A stretch of DNA of 64,000 bases from Mobula hypostoma. Lineage: Eukaryota. Where the stretch lies: positions 45,694,001 to 45,758,000 of the forward strand of contig NC_086107.1 in NCBI RefSeq assembly GCF_963921235.1, read 5' to 3'. Below, in pieces: positions 49,466 to 64,000 of the stretch; position 1 is the stretch's first letter; each line of letters starts with the position of its first letter. A program made the translations under genes and the position numbers. Under the pieces are notes generated by a model, which searched no databases, was not told where the DNA came from, and saw nothing but the letters and a program-made list of their open reading frames with translations.

Positions 49466-50863
49466 CAGTCCTTTCAGAGAACATTGGGTCAACAGGGACA
49501 GTAATTGGAAGGATATGGTTATCATGCAGATTAATTCAGTATTTTAAAAAATAGTTCAGCATAACTTTGAGCGGAAGGACCTATACTCGTGTTGTACTGG
49601 TCAATATTGTGCTCTGGATAGGAATAAGCTATCAATCTGGAAGAGCAAACCTCAGATTGAAAATGGAAAGTACACATTTAGAAGACTTGACTAAGTTCTG
49701 AAAAGATACTGTTTTGTAGCATCCAGTTGTGATGCAAACCCTTATTGTTTTGCCTATAAATAGCATTTTAATTCTCTCCTCCATTTACAAGTGCAGGTAG
49801 ACCATCCTTGGGCTCACATTTCTCATGCCATTTATTCATTCCTACCCATCTTTTCAAATTCTTTGGTACAGTACTTTAAACTACAATCTCAGTCTATAAA
49901 CAATTGTAAATAGAAGAATTGAACCAAATATTCATTTGTCTCCTCAAAGTGAAGACAATGCTATTGTCACATTTGAACCAACTACTACATTTTAATAAAG
50001 GGCAATGTTCATTTACATAGTAGCCTGGTTTAACTGCGGCACATTGTAACTGCTAAATCTAACTACCTGCACTTTAGAAGTACTGCACTTAATAATTGTT
50101 TCCTTTGCACTGTATTGCCGCTGCAAAATAGGTTTCACAGCCAGTCAGTGATGTTCCTGATTCTGCTTCTAATACTACCAAAGCAGTTTTTCAAGCCTTT
50201 ATTTTAGGATGTTTTTCCAGAATATAGTTTGCAAATGGTTTATAGTTCCAAAAGGTTTGCAAACAAGTATTTCAGAACAGCCAGCTGAAAGAACTAAGTC
50301 CATGCATTAAGAATTCAGGGCAAGTGATGTTCAACGAATCTGTAGGATTTAAAAAAAAAACAAACTTCATTTATTTAGGATGTGACACAAAGACAAATAT
50401 TGTTTTAAAAGCAGCTGAACAATCAGCAGTGAAGAACATCTACAAAGAATAACATCGCCAACACAATGTTTGCTCAAATGAACAGCCTTGTTAACTAGTT
50501 TAGGTCAGGGTAGGCCACTTTTATAATAGATGGAACTAAGTGAACATTTCCATGACAGGACAACAGATCCAATCAAGAATACGTCAATAAATCCTTTTAA
50601 TGTCTTTACGAATTATAATCTTAAATGGGAGTCAGGTTAAAACCCATTTGGATATTAAGTTTGCAAATACAAGAGGATAAGGAATCATCCTCACAGGAAG
50701 ATTTGTCCCAGACTTGCAATCCTTGGTAGCAAGTTTTAACCAGTACAAAGAAACTTGTAACAACACTGCTTGGCCATACATCTATTATGCATTTTAATAG
50801 TGTAATACCAAGGCTTCCATCTCAATCAAAACTCAAGACGTGTTAGTTAGCATGACAAATTGA

Positions 50864-50869
50864 TTTATT
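50864..50869 (-). terminator. RPS13 polyadenylation signal AATAAA
   Basis: 35 nt after the stop codon, giving the short 3' UTR typical of ribosomal protein genes. Confidence 0.85.
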
Positions 50870-50904
50870 TTTTCTGAGATCCATTCAGTCAATGAAGAGA
50901 GTCC

Positions 50905-54701
<3,797 letters not shown>

Positions 54702-54716
54702 GGCGGCGGCGGCAGC

Positions 54717-54728
54717 AAAGAAAAGGAG
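54717..54728 (-). promoter_or_regulatory. 5' terminal oligopyrimidine tract / TCT initiator of RPS13
   Basis: CTCCTTTTCTTT just upstream of a short 5' UTR and the ATG. Confidence 0.85.
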
Positions 54729-54879
54729 CGCTACTGCCGCGCATGCGCCAGTTATGGGCGAGCGCCCGGAAGAGACGTCATTGCGTCCGCCGACGCTCCA
54801 ACGCGCCCGGGCCCGGCGCCAGTCTGTGTGACGTCACGGCTGGTCTGCAGGGAAGGGGATCCTCGGCTGAGGTCCCGCC
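54729..54879. promoter_or_regulatory. Divergent RPS13 (Pol II) / 7SL (Pol III) promoter in a CpG island
   Basis: NRF1 GCGCATGCGC 54739-54748, ETS/GABP CCGGAAG 54766-54772, CRE-like GACGTCA 54774-54780, full CRE TGACGTCA 54829-54836 (-51 to -44 of the 7SL start). Confidence 0.8.
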
Positions 54880-55177
54880 GCCGGGCGCGGTGGCGTGCGT
54901 CTGTTATCCGGCTGCTCGGAGGCTGAGGCTGCAGGATTGCTTGAGGTCGGGAGTTCTGGGCTGCTGCGCGCTGTGCCGATCGGGCATCCGCGTTAAGATC
55001 GGTATCCATATGGTGTTTCCAGGGGAGCCCGGAATCACCAGGTGCGATAAAGAGGGGTGAACCGGCCCAGGTCGGAAACGGAGCAGGTCAAAGCCCCCGT
55101 GCTGATCTGTAATGGGATCGTGCCTGTGAATAGCCGCTGTAGTGCAGCCTGACCAATACAGTGGGACGCAGTCTTTT
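54880..55177 (+). ncRNA. RN7SL: 7SL / metazoan signal recognition particle (SRP) RNA, full length
   Basis: Starts GCCGGGCGCGGTGGC. UGUNR motif, helix-6 GGAG tetraloop, helix-8 GCCCAGGTCGGAAACGGAGCAGGT. About 298 nt, ending in a TTTT Pol III terminator with no poly(A). Upstream CRE present. Confidence 0.96.
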
Positions 55178-55309
55178 AAAAACAATTACATTGAGCAATT
55201 CCATAAATCTTTCTTAATAAGTGCATGAGTTATGTGAATGGAGGAGCAGGCTTGAGAGATGCCATTGTGTATGCTTAATTTGCTTTTCTTCATCTCTAAT
55301 TGTTCAATC

Positions 55310-56125
55310 ACTTCCTAGCCCCGATAACAAGTTAGTATTAATTAACAATTAATTAGACTGCTACTGTCTTCTACTATTCACTGGTCTGATAGTGTATTTA
55401 CATATTACTATTTAACTATTTATGGTTTTATTACTATTTAATTATTTATGGTGCAACTGTAACGAAAACCAATTTCCCCCGGGATCAATAAAGTATGATT
55501 ATGACTATTTGAATTCTCCTTTCTTGGAAATTTATGCCTCACCTGGTCCCTCACCTGGCACAGCAGAATCTTCACTTTCTAAAGAGATTGAAGCAAGTGA
55601 GGCTCCCCCCCCCCACTCCCCATTTTAACCAATTTTTACAGGAGCACAATTGAGAGTGTCCTGACCAGCTGCCATCACCATCTGGTGTGGGAATTGAAAG
55701 GCATCTGATCGCAAGGATTGCGAGGATTGCTGAGAGATACATCGGAGTCACCTTCCACCCATTCATCAGGAGCCTTAGCATTCTCAGTGACCCCTTCCAT
55801 CCATCCAACAATCTCTTTGACTCCCACAGGAGGTGCAAGAACTGTTAGAATGGGAAACAACTTCTTCCCCACAGACTACTGAACTTACTGCCACAACCGA
55901 GGTCTCCTTACACATGGAGTGCCAATAGTGTTATCCTGTTTAGCTTTTAACTTGTATGTATATTTGCACCTTACTATTTTAAAAATAATATATTTGTGGT
56001 AATATTACTTTATGTGTTATGTGTATGAGTTAAGTATACCTTGATCCAGAGGGATGTTGTCTCGTTTGGCGGTACAGTATATGTGTGTATATGGTTGAAT
56101 GACAATAAATTTGAACTTGAACTTA
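55310..56125 (+). mobile_element. Two Rex1-like LINE 3' fragments
   Basis: Tails caataaagtatgattatgactat (about 55505) and aataaatttgaacttgaactt (about 56120). ESVLT..IT.W.G remnant. Confidence 0.6.
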
Positions 56126-56914
56126 ATGTCCAGTAGGGGGCAGTGAACTTCCACACTCCAGTCACAGTGTTATATTCACAGTAATGATTTTGAATAATTC
56201 TGAAATTTTCATTAAAAAATTAAGATAAAATCATTTGTTAAGCAAAAATGAAATGGCATTTAGTTTGTTATGTTTTATATGTTTTCTTAAATGGACAATA
56301 ATTTCATATATTCTTATTTGGCTGGAGCAAAATGGCACATTACTTTAATCAAAGGAGGAGATTTCTTTAATCGGAATTAGTTTCCTGCTTCTCATCTTAC
56401 TGCCTCCCAGATTTTGTAGGGTGGGCAAGGTTGGGACAGGGAAACCCCAAGCCATGCTGTAAAGAATTGGCAAATCCCACTGGTGATACAAGGGAACATT
56501 GATCCCACCAAGTCATTCAAAGACACCAGGAGTTGCTCAGTGTTTAAAATCTGTATCTTTAGCGTGAGTATCTTGTGTATAAGTATTTAACAAATAATTG
56601 ACAGTATGTAATGAATGTTAGCATGTTTTGTTTTATCTTCCATATCAAAAATGCAAAAAAAAACACAAATGCTCAGAAGATCTATAGATGAATTCACTCT
56701 CTATCTTCTGCTTGTCGTCTTTTCCACCCTATGGAAGCAGCCTGACCTCCTGAGTATTTGCTGTTTTTATTTGCGATATCCAGCATCTGCAAATTTTTGT
56801 TTGCTATTCCAGACTTGCTCCATCAGTATTCACTGGCACCCAGTTGGCAATATGCAAGCAAACAAAACTTTTAAACAAGGGGTTCTGGTGATCCTTAGTT
56901 GGGAGTTACCTTAT

Positions 56915-57235
56915 AGAAATGTTTAAAATTAGAAGAGGTAAAGACAGTAAAAGTCTTTTCACCAGGGTAAGGGAATCCAAAACTAGGAGGCATAGGTTTA
57001 GGGTGAGAAGGGACACATTTGAAAGGAACCTGAGGGGCAACTTTTTCACACCTGAAGAAATAGTTGAGGCATGTACTGTAGTATCATTTATGAAGCACTT
57101 TGATTGGCACATAGAGGGGCAGGGCTTAGAGGGATATGGACCATGTGCGGGAAATTGGGATTAGCTGGGCAGGCACCATGGTCAGCGTAGACTTGTTAGA
57201 CTTAAGGGCCTGTAACTATGTTCTAGAACTCTATG
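56915..57235 (+). mobile_element. CR1 LINE 3' fragment
   Basis: ORF 56919-57164 (LFTRV.ESKTRRHRFRVR...LRGNFFT). Confidence 0.8.
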
Positions 57236-57331
57236 ACTTCCTTCATCAAAGTCTTTGAACCACACGAGAACCAAGAGATACGGGAGAGTGCGATCATCTG
57301 CTGCAACCAGTCAAGCTGAATGGAGAAAATC

Positions 57332-57602
57332 ACGAGGTGCAGTGGCCTGAACTCGTGATCCTGCTGCCAGGAGGCTGACGATGCCGATTGCTTGAGGTCA
57401 GGAGGCCTGGGCTGCAGCTGTGTCTGTTGGGTGAGAGAAGGCACTCAGCGTAGCATCCACAGAGCCTGAGGTCACAAAGTGGTCAAAGAGGGGTGAACTC
57501 GCCCAGGTCGGGAAAAGAGCAGGTCAGATCCCCTATACTGTGCAGGAATCAGCTGGTACCTGGGATGGTGTTGCTGCCTGATACAGTCAAATGCATCCTT
57601 TT
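57332..57602 (+). pseudogene. Degenerate 7SL copy
   Basis: ggtgcagtggc...ggaggctga...gattgcttgaggtcaggag..ctgggctgc...aaagaggggtgaactcgcccaggtcgggaaaagagcaggtca...cctttt, colinear with 54880-55177 but with deletions. Confidence 0.85.
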
Positions 57603-59769
57603 CCTACACTTAACAGTGGAAGTTTGCACAATCTATTTCAAATTATCCAAGGTCAAACAGCCCATAGCAAGATTATCACCACAACCAGCAGTCTAGTATT
57701 ATAATTATCACTTTATCCATCTATCATATTGCACACATGATGCAATGTTATATGATGTGTTTTCACCTTCACTGTTCCCCGCAGAATTTAACAACTCTCC
57801 ACAAGAGATGCTGGTCATCTTGAGCGACACACAGAAAATGCTGCAGGAAGTCAGGCAGCATCTATGAAAGGGAATAAACAAGTCAATGTTTCCGGCTAAA
57901 CCTTTCATCAGGGCTCCATTTCTGGTAATTATGGTCTCTAAGGCCACATGTTTTAATTTCTCCATTCAACTGAACGGACCTTTCATTGCAGTATATTCAC
58001 AATCAGGTTTAATATTATTGACATATGTTATGAAATTTGTTCCCAATAAGCCTATTGCTTTTTTTCCCTTAAATTTCCCTCCTTCACTGTAGAAATTCTG
58101 CCTGCATACATTCCATGACTCATTGTTAGACAGATTTTAAATCTTTTAAGATAACTTCCACTCCAATTGTTTTTCAAAATGAATCTGAACCATATAGTTC
58201 AATATTGCTGCTGCTAATTGTACATCAATTCCCAAAAACTGCCTGCCCCCCTCCCCCGTGAAAAAAATGTGATGCTGAGACTCTCGGACCAAGTAGCTAG
58301 GCTAGCTTTGAAGACAAACTTATACACTCCTACAGTACTGCAGAGGGCAATCCATGGCTTTCATTCTGAAACCATCCACAGTACACAACTTGTTAATATT
58401 CGCTTTTCCGTCCCATACCAAGATTATTATAACAACCAACAGAAAACACCAGAATCCAGTTCATACCAATCGTTTCACGACAGATTCCCTAATTACTCTG
58501 TTTTTGCCACCGCGGTGCTCTCTGCTGTTGGCTGTAGGCATCACACACACAATATACCTTTTCTACAACCACAAAAGAGTGCAATTGCCCTTTTATTCTG
58601 CTGCTGTCTGATGGAGGGTGCACATATCTCATCAGTAGTCTCCTGATATTTTTATTAGATTTCATTCGTAAACCTTTTGCTCTACCCTGGCTCAGTCCTA
58701 AATAGCACACATTTCCTGTTGCAGTTCCCTTGTAACCAGCCTTGTCGCTGATCTTTCCTCTTTGGTCATTCACGAGCTAAATCATGCTGCCTTCAATTTG
58801 TCAGCTTTGGTATCTTTTTCCCCACGACAAATGCAACTGAATGAGAAGAAGCAAAGTAACTACAGGGCACAATTATTAACAGATTACAAGAACAGGGAGT
58901 TGTGGATGTGCCAGGCGGGCAGAGAAAGTGGATAAAAAAGAGGGAACTAGATGTTTTTGAATACGTTCAAAGTACTGATTCTTTGAAAGTAAGGAAGTTG
59001 CAACAAGAAAATGAGGAAACTGTATCAGGAAGGATATAAAGGCACAATAAAATTCTTCGGTAGCCTTTTCTTCAAAGTCGTTCTGGGGATATTCCTCATA
59101 TCATTTTCGTGCTGCTGTGAATCATTTTCAAAAGCACTTTCCTTCCATAATGGGAAATCACTCTCCATCTCCTGTGTTTATATTCATCATAATTTTAAGT
59201 CATCAGATCTCCTTACACCTCCCTCTGCTCCAAGGAGAACAATCCCATCTTCTGTCTGCTAACTAAAGTTCCTTGTGTCTGAAATAACCTTGGAAAATCA
59301 ATTCTGTTTCCTTTTCTAAAGCCCTTACATCCTTTTTAAAGTATTTTCATATTTCCTGCTCACCACCAGGCAAAAGACTTAAGGGGGATGAAAAGTTGAG
59401 GAACTCAGCAGGACTGGCAGCATTTATTAAGGAATATGGACAGATGATATTTAGATGAAGAGTCTAGACCCAAGATGTTGACTATCCATTTCCTTCCATA
59501 GATGCCACCTGTTCTGCGAATTCCTCCAACATTTTATGTGTTACTTTGGCTTCCAATGTCTGCAGTCTCCTGTGTCTCCAGAATAAAAGCCAGCCTGCCC
59601 ATGCTGTCAATGGCAACACTGTGTCCAAGCTGCTGCTTTCATTCCTAAACCTTCCTTAGATAGGCACTGCCTGCGTCTGACTTGCTCTTATCTAATGTTG
59701 ATCCTATCCAGCATTATCTCCATGACCAGTCTGACAGACAAGCTGATGCAATGATACCATCCTGTCATA

Positions 59770-60000
59770 AAGATGAGAAAATCTGCAGTTGCTGGAAATC
59801 CAAGCAACACACACAAGATGCTGGAGGAACTCAGCAGGCCAGGCAGCATCGATGGAAAAGAGTAAACAGTTGCTGTTTTGGGCTGAGACCTGTTATGCAG
59901 GACCTTAAAAAATGATGAGAAGTTAGAGCAAGAAGGTGGGGGGAGGGGAGGAAGAAGTGTAAGGTGGTAGGTAAGAAGTGGAAATCTGATAGGGCGGAAG
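59770..60000 (-). mobile_element. Penelope-like pLTR fragment (further short ones at 57822-57913 and 59450-59575)
   Basis: gctggaggaactcagcaggccaggcagcatc block shared with the other Penelope fragments. Confidence 0.65.
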
Positions 60001-60274
60001 ACTGTTGTTACATGAATTCAATCACCGGAGAGAGAGTTACTGGTAGATACAAAGCAGCTTCTTTATTCGACAAAACAAGGTAGAACAGGCATCATACTGA
60101 GACGCTTTCGGTGGAAAGGTCTGCTGGCCCAATGTGGGGCTTGATATTTATTTGCTAAACACAAAAGACAATTCCATATTTACGAAGTATAGATAATGCT
60201 TTCTTTTGAAGCTACATACAAACTTTGGCCTGTCTTGACATGTGACTGCAGGTGTTCCGTAACCTCAGCCCAGG

Positions 60275-60960
60275 AGGAGGAGAAGATGGCGGCGGGATGC
60301 AGTGTGCGTGGCCGCTCTGGAATAATATCTGTATTTGTTAAGTAGGAAACCGTGCACAATTCTGATTTGATGGAGACAGATGTGAGAGCACGGAGGAACA
60401 TCTGGAGAAACTTCTGAAATGCCTGCTTTGCTGCTGCTGCTACTGTGTGTTTCAGAATCTCCAGAGGAGTAGGCCTCTGAGTCCTCGGCATTGCTTGTTT
60501 TAGATGCCGGGACGAGGTTGAAGGCGCTCAGCAGAGGATGGCGCTCGGGAGGCTGTATCGGAGGGGCTGGTTGGAGGCTCGAAGTTTTCGGATGGACTCA
60601 GTCGGCTATGTTCGGGTGCTTCCAATGCATCGGCAGTTGGCAGTTGTCGGTGCCTGGAGGTTTATGGCAGGGGAGCTTCTCCCTTTTTTCCACCTGCTAT
60701 CAGGAACTATAGGAGTTGATCAGGACTTGAGACTTTTTTTTACCATGCCCATGGTCTGTTCTTTATCAAATTATGGTATTGTTTTGCACTACTGTAACTA
60801 TATGTTATGATTATGTGGTCTTCTCAGTGTTAGTCTTTGGTTTGTTCTGTTTTTGTGTGATATCACTCCGGAGGAACATCGTATCATTTCTTAATGCATG
60901 CATGCATTTCTAAATGACAATAAACGAGGACTGAGTGTCCTCATAATCTAATCTAATCTA
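60275..60960 (+). mobile_element. Non-coding LINE-derived (non-autonomous) retroelement with (AATCT)n tail
   Basis: Starts gagaagatggcggcg, ends caataaacgaggactgagtgtcctcataatctaatctaatcta. Preceded by an LTR-like fragment starting TG at about 60003. Confidence 0.6.
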
Positions 60961-62889
60961 GCAATTAATTCCAACAATTTCCCAACTACTGATGTCAGGC
61001 TAACAGGTCTATAGTTTCTTTTCTAGCTGCCTCCCACCCTTCTTAAATAGCGGAGTAACATTTGCAATTTTCCAGTCATCTGGTACAGTACCAGGATCTA
61101 TTGATTCTTGAAAGATCGTTATTAATGCCTTCGCAATCTCTCCAGCTTCTTCCTTCAGAACCTGAGGGTGCATTCCATCAGGTCCAGGAGATTTATCCAT
61201 CCTCCGACCATTAAGCTTCCTGAGCACCATGTCAGTCGTAATTTTCACTGCATATACTTCACTTTCCTGATACTCTTGAATGTCCTGTACACTGCTAGTG
61301 TCTTCCACTGTGAAGACTGATGCAAAATAGGCATTTAGTTCCACTGCCATCTCTGTGTCTCTCATTACAATATCTTCAGCATCATTTTCTATTGGTCCTA
61401 TATCTACTCTCAACTCTCTTTTACCCTTTATATGCTTAAAAAAGCTTTTAGTATTTTCTTTGATATTAGTCGCCAGCTTCCTTTCATAATTCATCTTTTC
61501 CTTCCTATTGACCTTCTTAGTTTCCTTCTGCAAGTTTTTAAAAGCTTCCCAATCCTCTATCTTTCTACTAGCTTTGGCTTCCTCGTACTCTCTCTTTTGC
61601 TTTTACTTTGGCTGTGACTTTACTTGTCAGCCACGGTAGTGTCCTCCTTCCATTTGAAAATTTCTTCTTGTTTGGAATATATCTGAATTGCACTTCCCTC
61701 GTTTTCCACTGAAACTCCAGCCATTGCTGCCCTGCTGTCCTTCCTGCTGGTGTCCCTTTCCAGTCAACCCTAGCCAGTTCCCCCCTTATGCCATTATAAT
61801 TTCCTTTATTCCACTGAAATACAAACACATTGGATTTTTGTTTGTCCTTCTCAAATTTCAAAGTGAACTCGATCATATTGTGATCACTGATCCCTAAGGG
61901 TTCCTTAACCTCAAGCACAACACCCAATCCAGCACAGCCAATTCCCTAGTAGGCTCAACAACAGGCTATTCTAAAAAGCCATTCCTTAATCATTCTACAC
62001 ATTCTCTCTCTTGAGGTCCAGTACTGGCCTGGTTTTCCCAATCCACTTTCATGTTAAAATCCCCAACGATTATCATGACATTTCCCTTCTGACACGCCTT
62101 TTCTATCTCCCGATGTAATTTGTAATCCACATCCCGGGGCTGTTTGGAGGCCTACATACAAATGCCATTTGGGTCCTTTTACCCTTGCCGTTTCCTAACT
62201 CAACCCATAGAGACTCTACACCTTCTGATCCTATGTCATCCCCTTCTAATGATTTAATATTATTTCTTATACACAAGGCCACACTACCCCCTCTGCCTAC
62301 TAACCTATCTTTCTGATACACCATATATCCTTGGACATTCAGCTCCCAATGGCAGCCATCCTTAGCCAAGTTTCAGAGATGGCCACAAGTCATACTTGCC
62401 AATCTGTAGCTGAATTTCAAGACCATCCATTTTATTTCTTATGCTGCGTGCATTCAAATGTAACACTTGCAGTCCAATATTTATTGCTTTCTGTATTAAC
62501 TGCACCATGCCTCTATTGCCCTGTAACTCATCCCACTGGCTGTGTTTATGCCTCATTTCCTGCCTGTCCTTTCTATCATCTCTGTTGCACACTATCTTTG
62601 ATTTATTTCTGTTTTCCCCTTCCTCAGCCCTATCACTCCGGTTCCCATCCCTCTGCCAAATTAGTTTAAACCTTTAAACTCTATTAAACCTGCCTGCTAG
62701 GATATTGGACCCTTTTGGGTTCAGGTGTAACCCTTCCTTTTTGCACAGGTCATACCTCCCCCAGAAGAGGTCCCAAGGATCCAGAAATCTGAAGCCCTGC
62801 CCTCTACACCAGTTTCTCAGCCACGCATTAATATGCTTGATCATGCTATTCTCACGCTCATTAGCACGTGGCACAGGCAGCAATCCTGA
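60961..62889 (-). mobile_element. CR1 LINE 5'/middle part (ORF1 esterase, ORF2 endonuclease and linker), decayed
   Basis: EGLHLNPKG (SGNH esterase), LNARSIRNK, EPLG.SDHNMIEF, DKSPGPDGMHP, WKIANVTPLFKKG. Confidence 0.88.
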
Positions 62890-64000
62890 GGCTATGTCCA
62901 CACTACGCCGGATAATTTTGAAAACGAAGCTTTTTCTCTTCATTTTGACCCTCCGTCCACACTAAAGCGGCATTTTCATCCCCCGAAAACGGAGATTTTC
63001 AGAAACGGTCTCCAGAGTGAATAAATCTGAAAATGCCTAATACCCATTGTAGTGTGTACGGGGTAAACGGAGAGATTTAAAAACGCTGTCATGACAACAC
63101 CACAACAAGAATGCTTTTTCTGCTTCTGCTTGGTACTGTGCAAGCACTGCCGTACAGTTGTTATAAAGCGCAGTCGGTGTGAACGGCGTGAGAGTTAAAT
63201 TGTAAAGTGAGCTTTTTGACTATTTAAAACCGCTGTCATGACTTGCCGGAACAGATGGCGGCAGCGCGGCATTTCGTAGTTTTCTTGAACACAACTCCCC
63301 ACATAACCTAACAGTTTCAGAACAGACAGCAACGAGATTGAAGCCAGAAGAGTTAGAAATGTACTCACCAAATACTTTGACCCATAGCATACTGAATAAA
63401 TAAGTATACTCACTTTGCCCTGTTTTTCTGTCCTTGTTTGTATGACGGTGGTTTACCTGTTTATGCAAGTACTTCTCTGACAATAGATGCGTAACAGCCT
63501 AATGTAACGTTGTATGGAAATACAAGATAACACTGATGCAGACATGTTTTATACATTTAACAAGGTGCTTTATTAATGCAACAGAGTTAGTCAGTTTTTC
63601 AATGTTCATCGTGAGCCGGGTCAGACTGTCCGTGAACTCCCTGTCGGTTGCCTCCATACGCTCCAGTATTTGTTTTTTTTAGTTTTAAGTCCTCCTGCGT
63701 GAGAGCCAAGAGCAATTCCTTTTAAACGCAAACAACAGGAATTCTGCAGATGCTGGAAATTCAAGCAACACACATCAAAGTTGCTGGTGAACGCAGCAGG
63801 CCAGGCAGCATCTGTAGGAAGAGGTGCAGTCAACGTTATCCTACAGATGCTGCCTGGCCTGCTGCGTTCACCAGCAACTTTGATGTGTGTTGCAGCAATT
63901 CCTTTTAAGTTTTTTTTACTCTGTAACTGGACAAACTCGCACTAAGTATACCGTTTCCTCTTCGCTTGTTTTCTGTGTGTCCTGCGCGTGCCCAGTAGAG
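62890..64000. mobile_element. DNA transposon end (PIF/Harbinger-like terminal inverted repeat) interrupting the CR1; runs off the window
   Basis: Abrupt break after tga, then GGCTATGTCCACACTAC with repeated ccacacta and gaaaacg subterminal motifs. The second terminal repeat is not in the window, so the superfamily call is tentative. Confidence 0.6.
63726..63893. mobile_element. 168-bp Penelope-derived insertion with a perfect 55-bp inverted repeat and 15-bp TSD
   Basis: Arms 63765-63819 and 63839-63893. TSD agcaattccttttaa at 63711-63725 and 63894-63908. Confidence 0.88.

Noticed and set aside
54880-55177. Alu or 7SL-derived SINE (or primate contamination)
   Set aside because: It has the complete S domain, a TTTT terminator, an upstream CRE and no poly(A) or TSD. 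The flanks are non-mammalian repeats.
58218-58646. 142-aa ORF, or PIK3C2A 3' exons expected beyond RPS13 by synteny
   Set aside because: Non-ATG start, no recognisable domain and no convincing splice pattern. No PIK3C2A-like peptide was recognised in the window.

Overview
Vertebrate genomic DNA, probably a cartilaginous fish (ray or shark; inferred from the CR1, Rex1, Penelope and DeuSINE repeat landscape). Three protein-coding genes lie on the minus strand: the first two coding exons of PLEKHA7 (1-252), an intact three-exon PPP1R15-family gene (eIF2alpha-phosphatase regulatory subunit, GADD34/CReP family; 35251-44367, 408 aa), and the complete six-exon RPS13 gene (50905-54701), which hosts three U14/SNORD14 snoRNAs. 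A full-length 7SL (SRP) RNA gene (54880-55177, +) sits head-to-head with RPS13 across a ~150-bp promoter, and a decayed 7SL copy lies 2.2 kb downstream. Main finding: human has no PPP1R15 gene between PLEKHA7 and RPS13, but this position mirrors human PLEKHA6-PPP1R15B-PIK3C2B and PLEKHA4-PPP1R15A. The gene is therefore a candidate third whole-genome-duplication paralogue (ohnologue), and it has a variant PP1-docking motif (KKLRF). Much of the remaining sequence is transposon-derived. It includes a ~20-kb nest (a CR1 LINE holding two SCAN-bearing Gmr1-like LTR elements, one of which holds a full-length L1 and a solo LTR), a Tc1 element, Penelope fragments with minimal hammerhead motifs, and a young 55-bp perfect hairpin insertion. 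All coordinates were read by hand, and comparisons to human genes come from memory, not from database searches.
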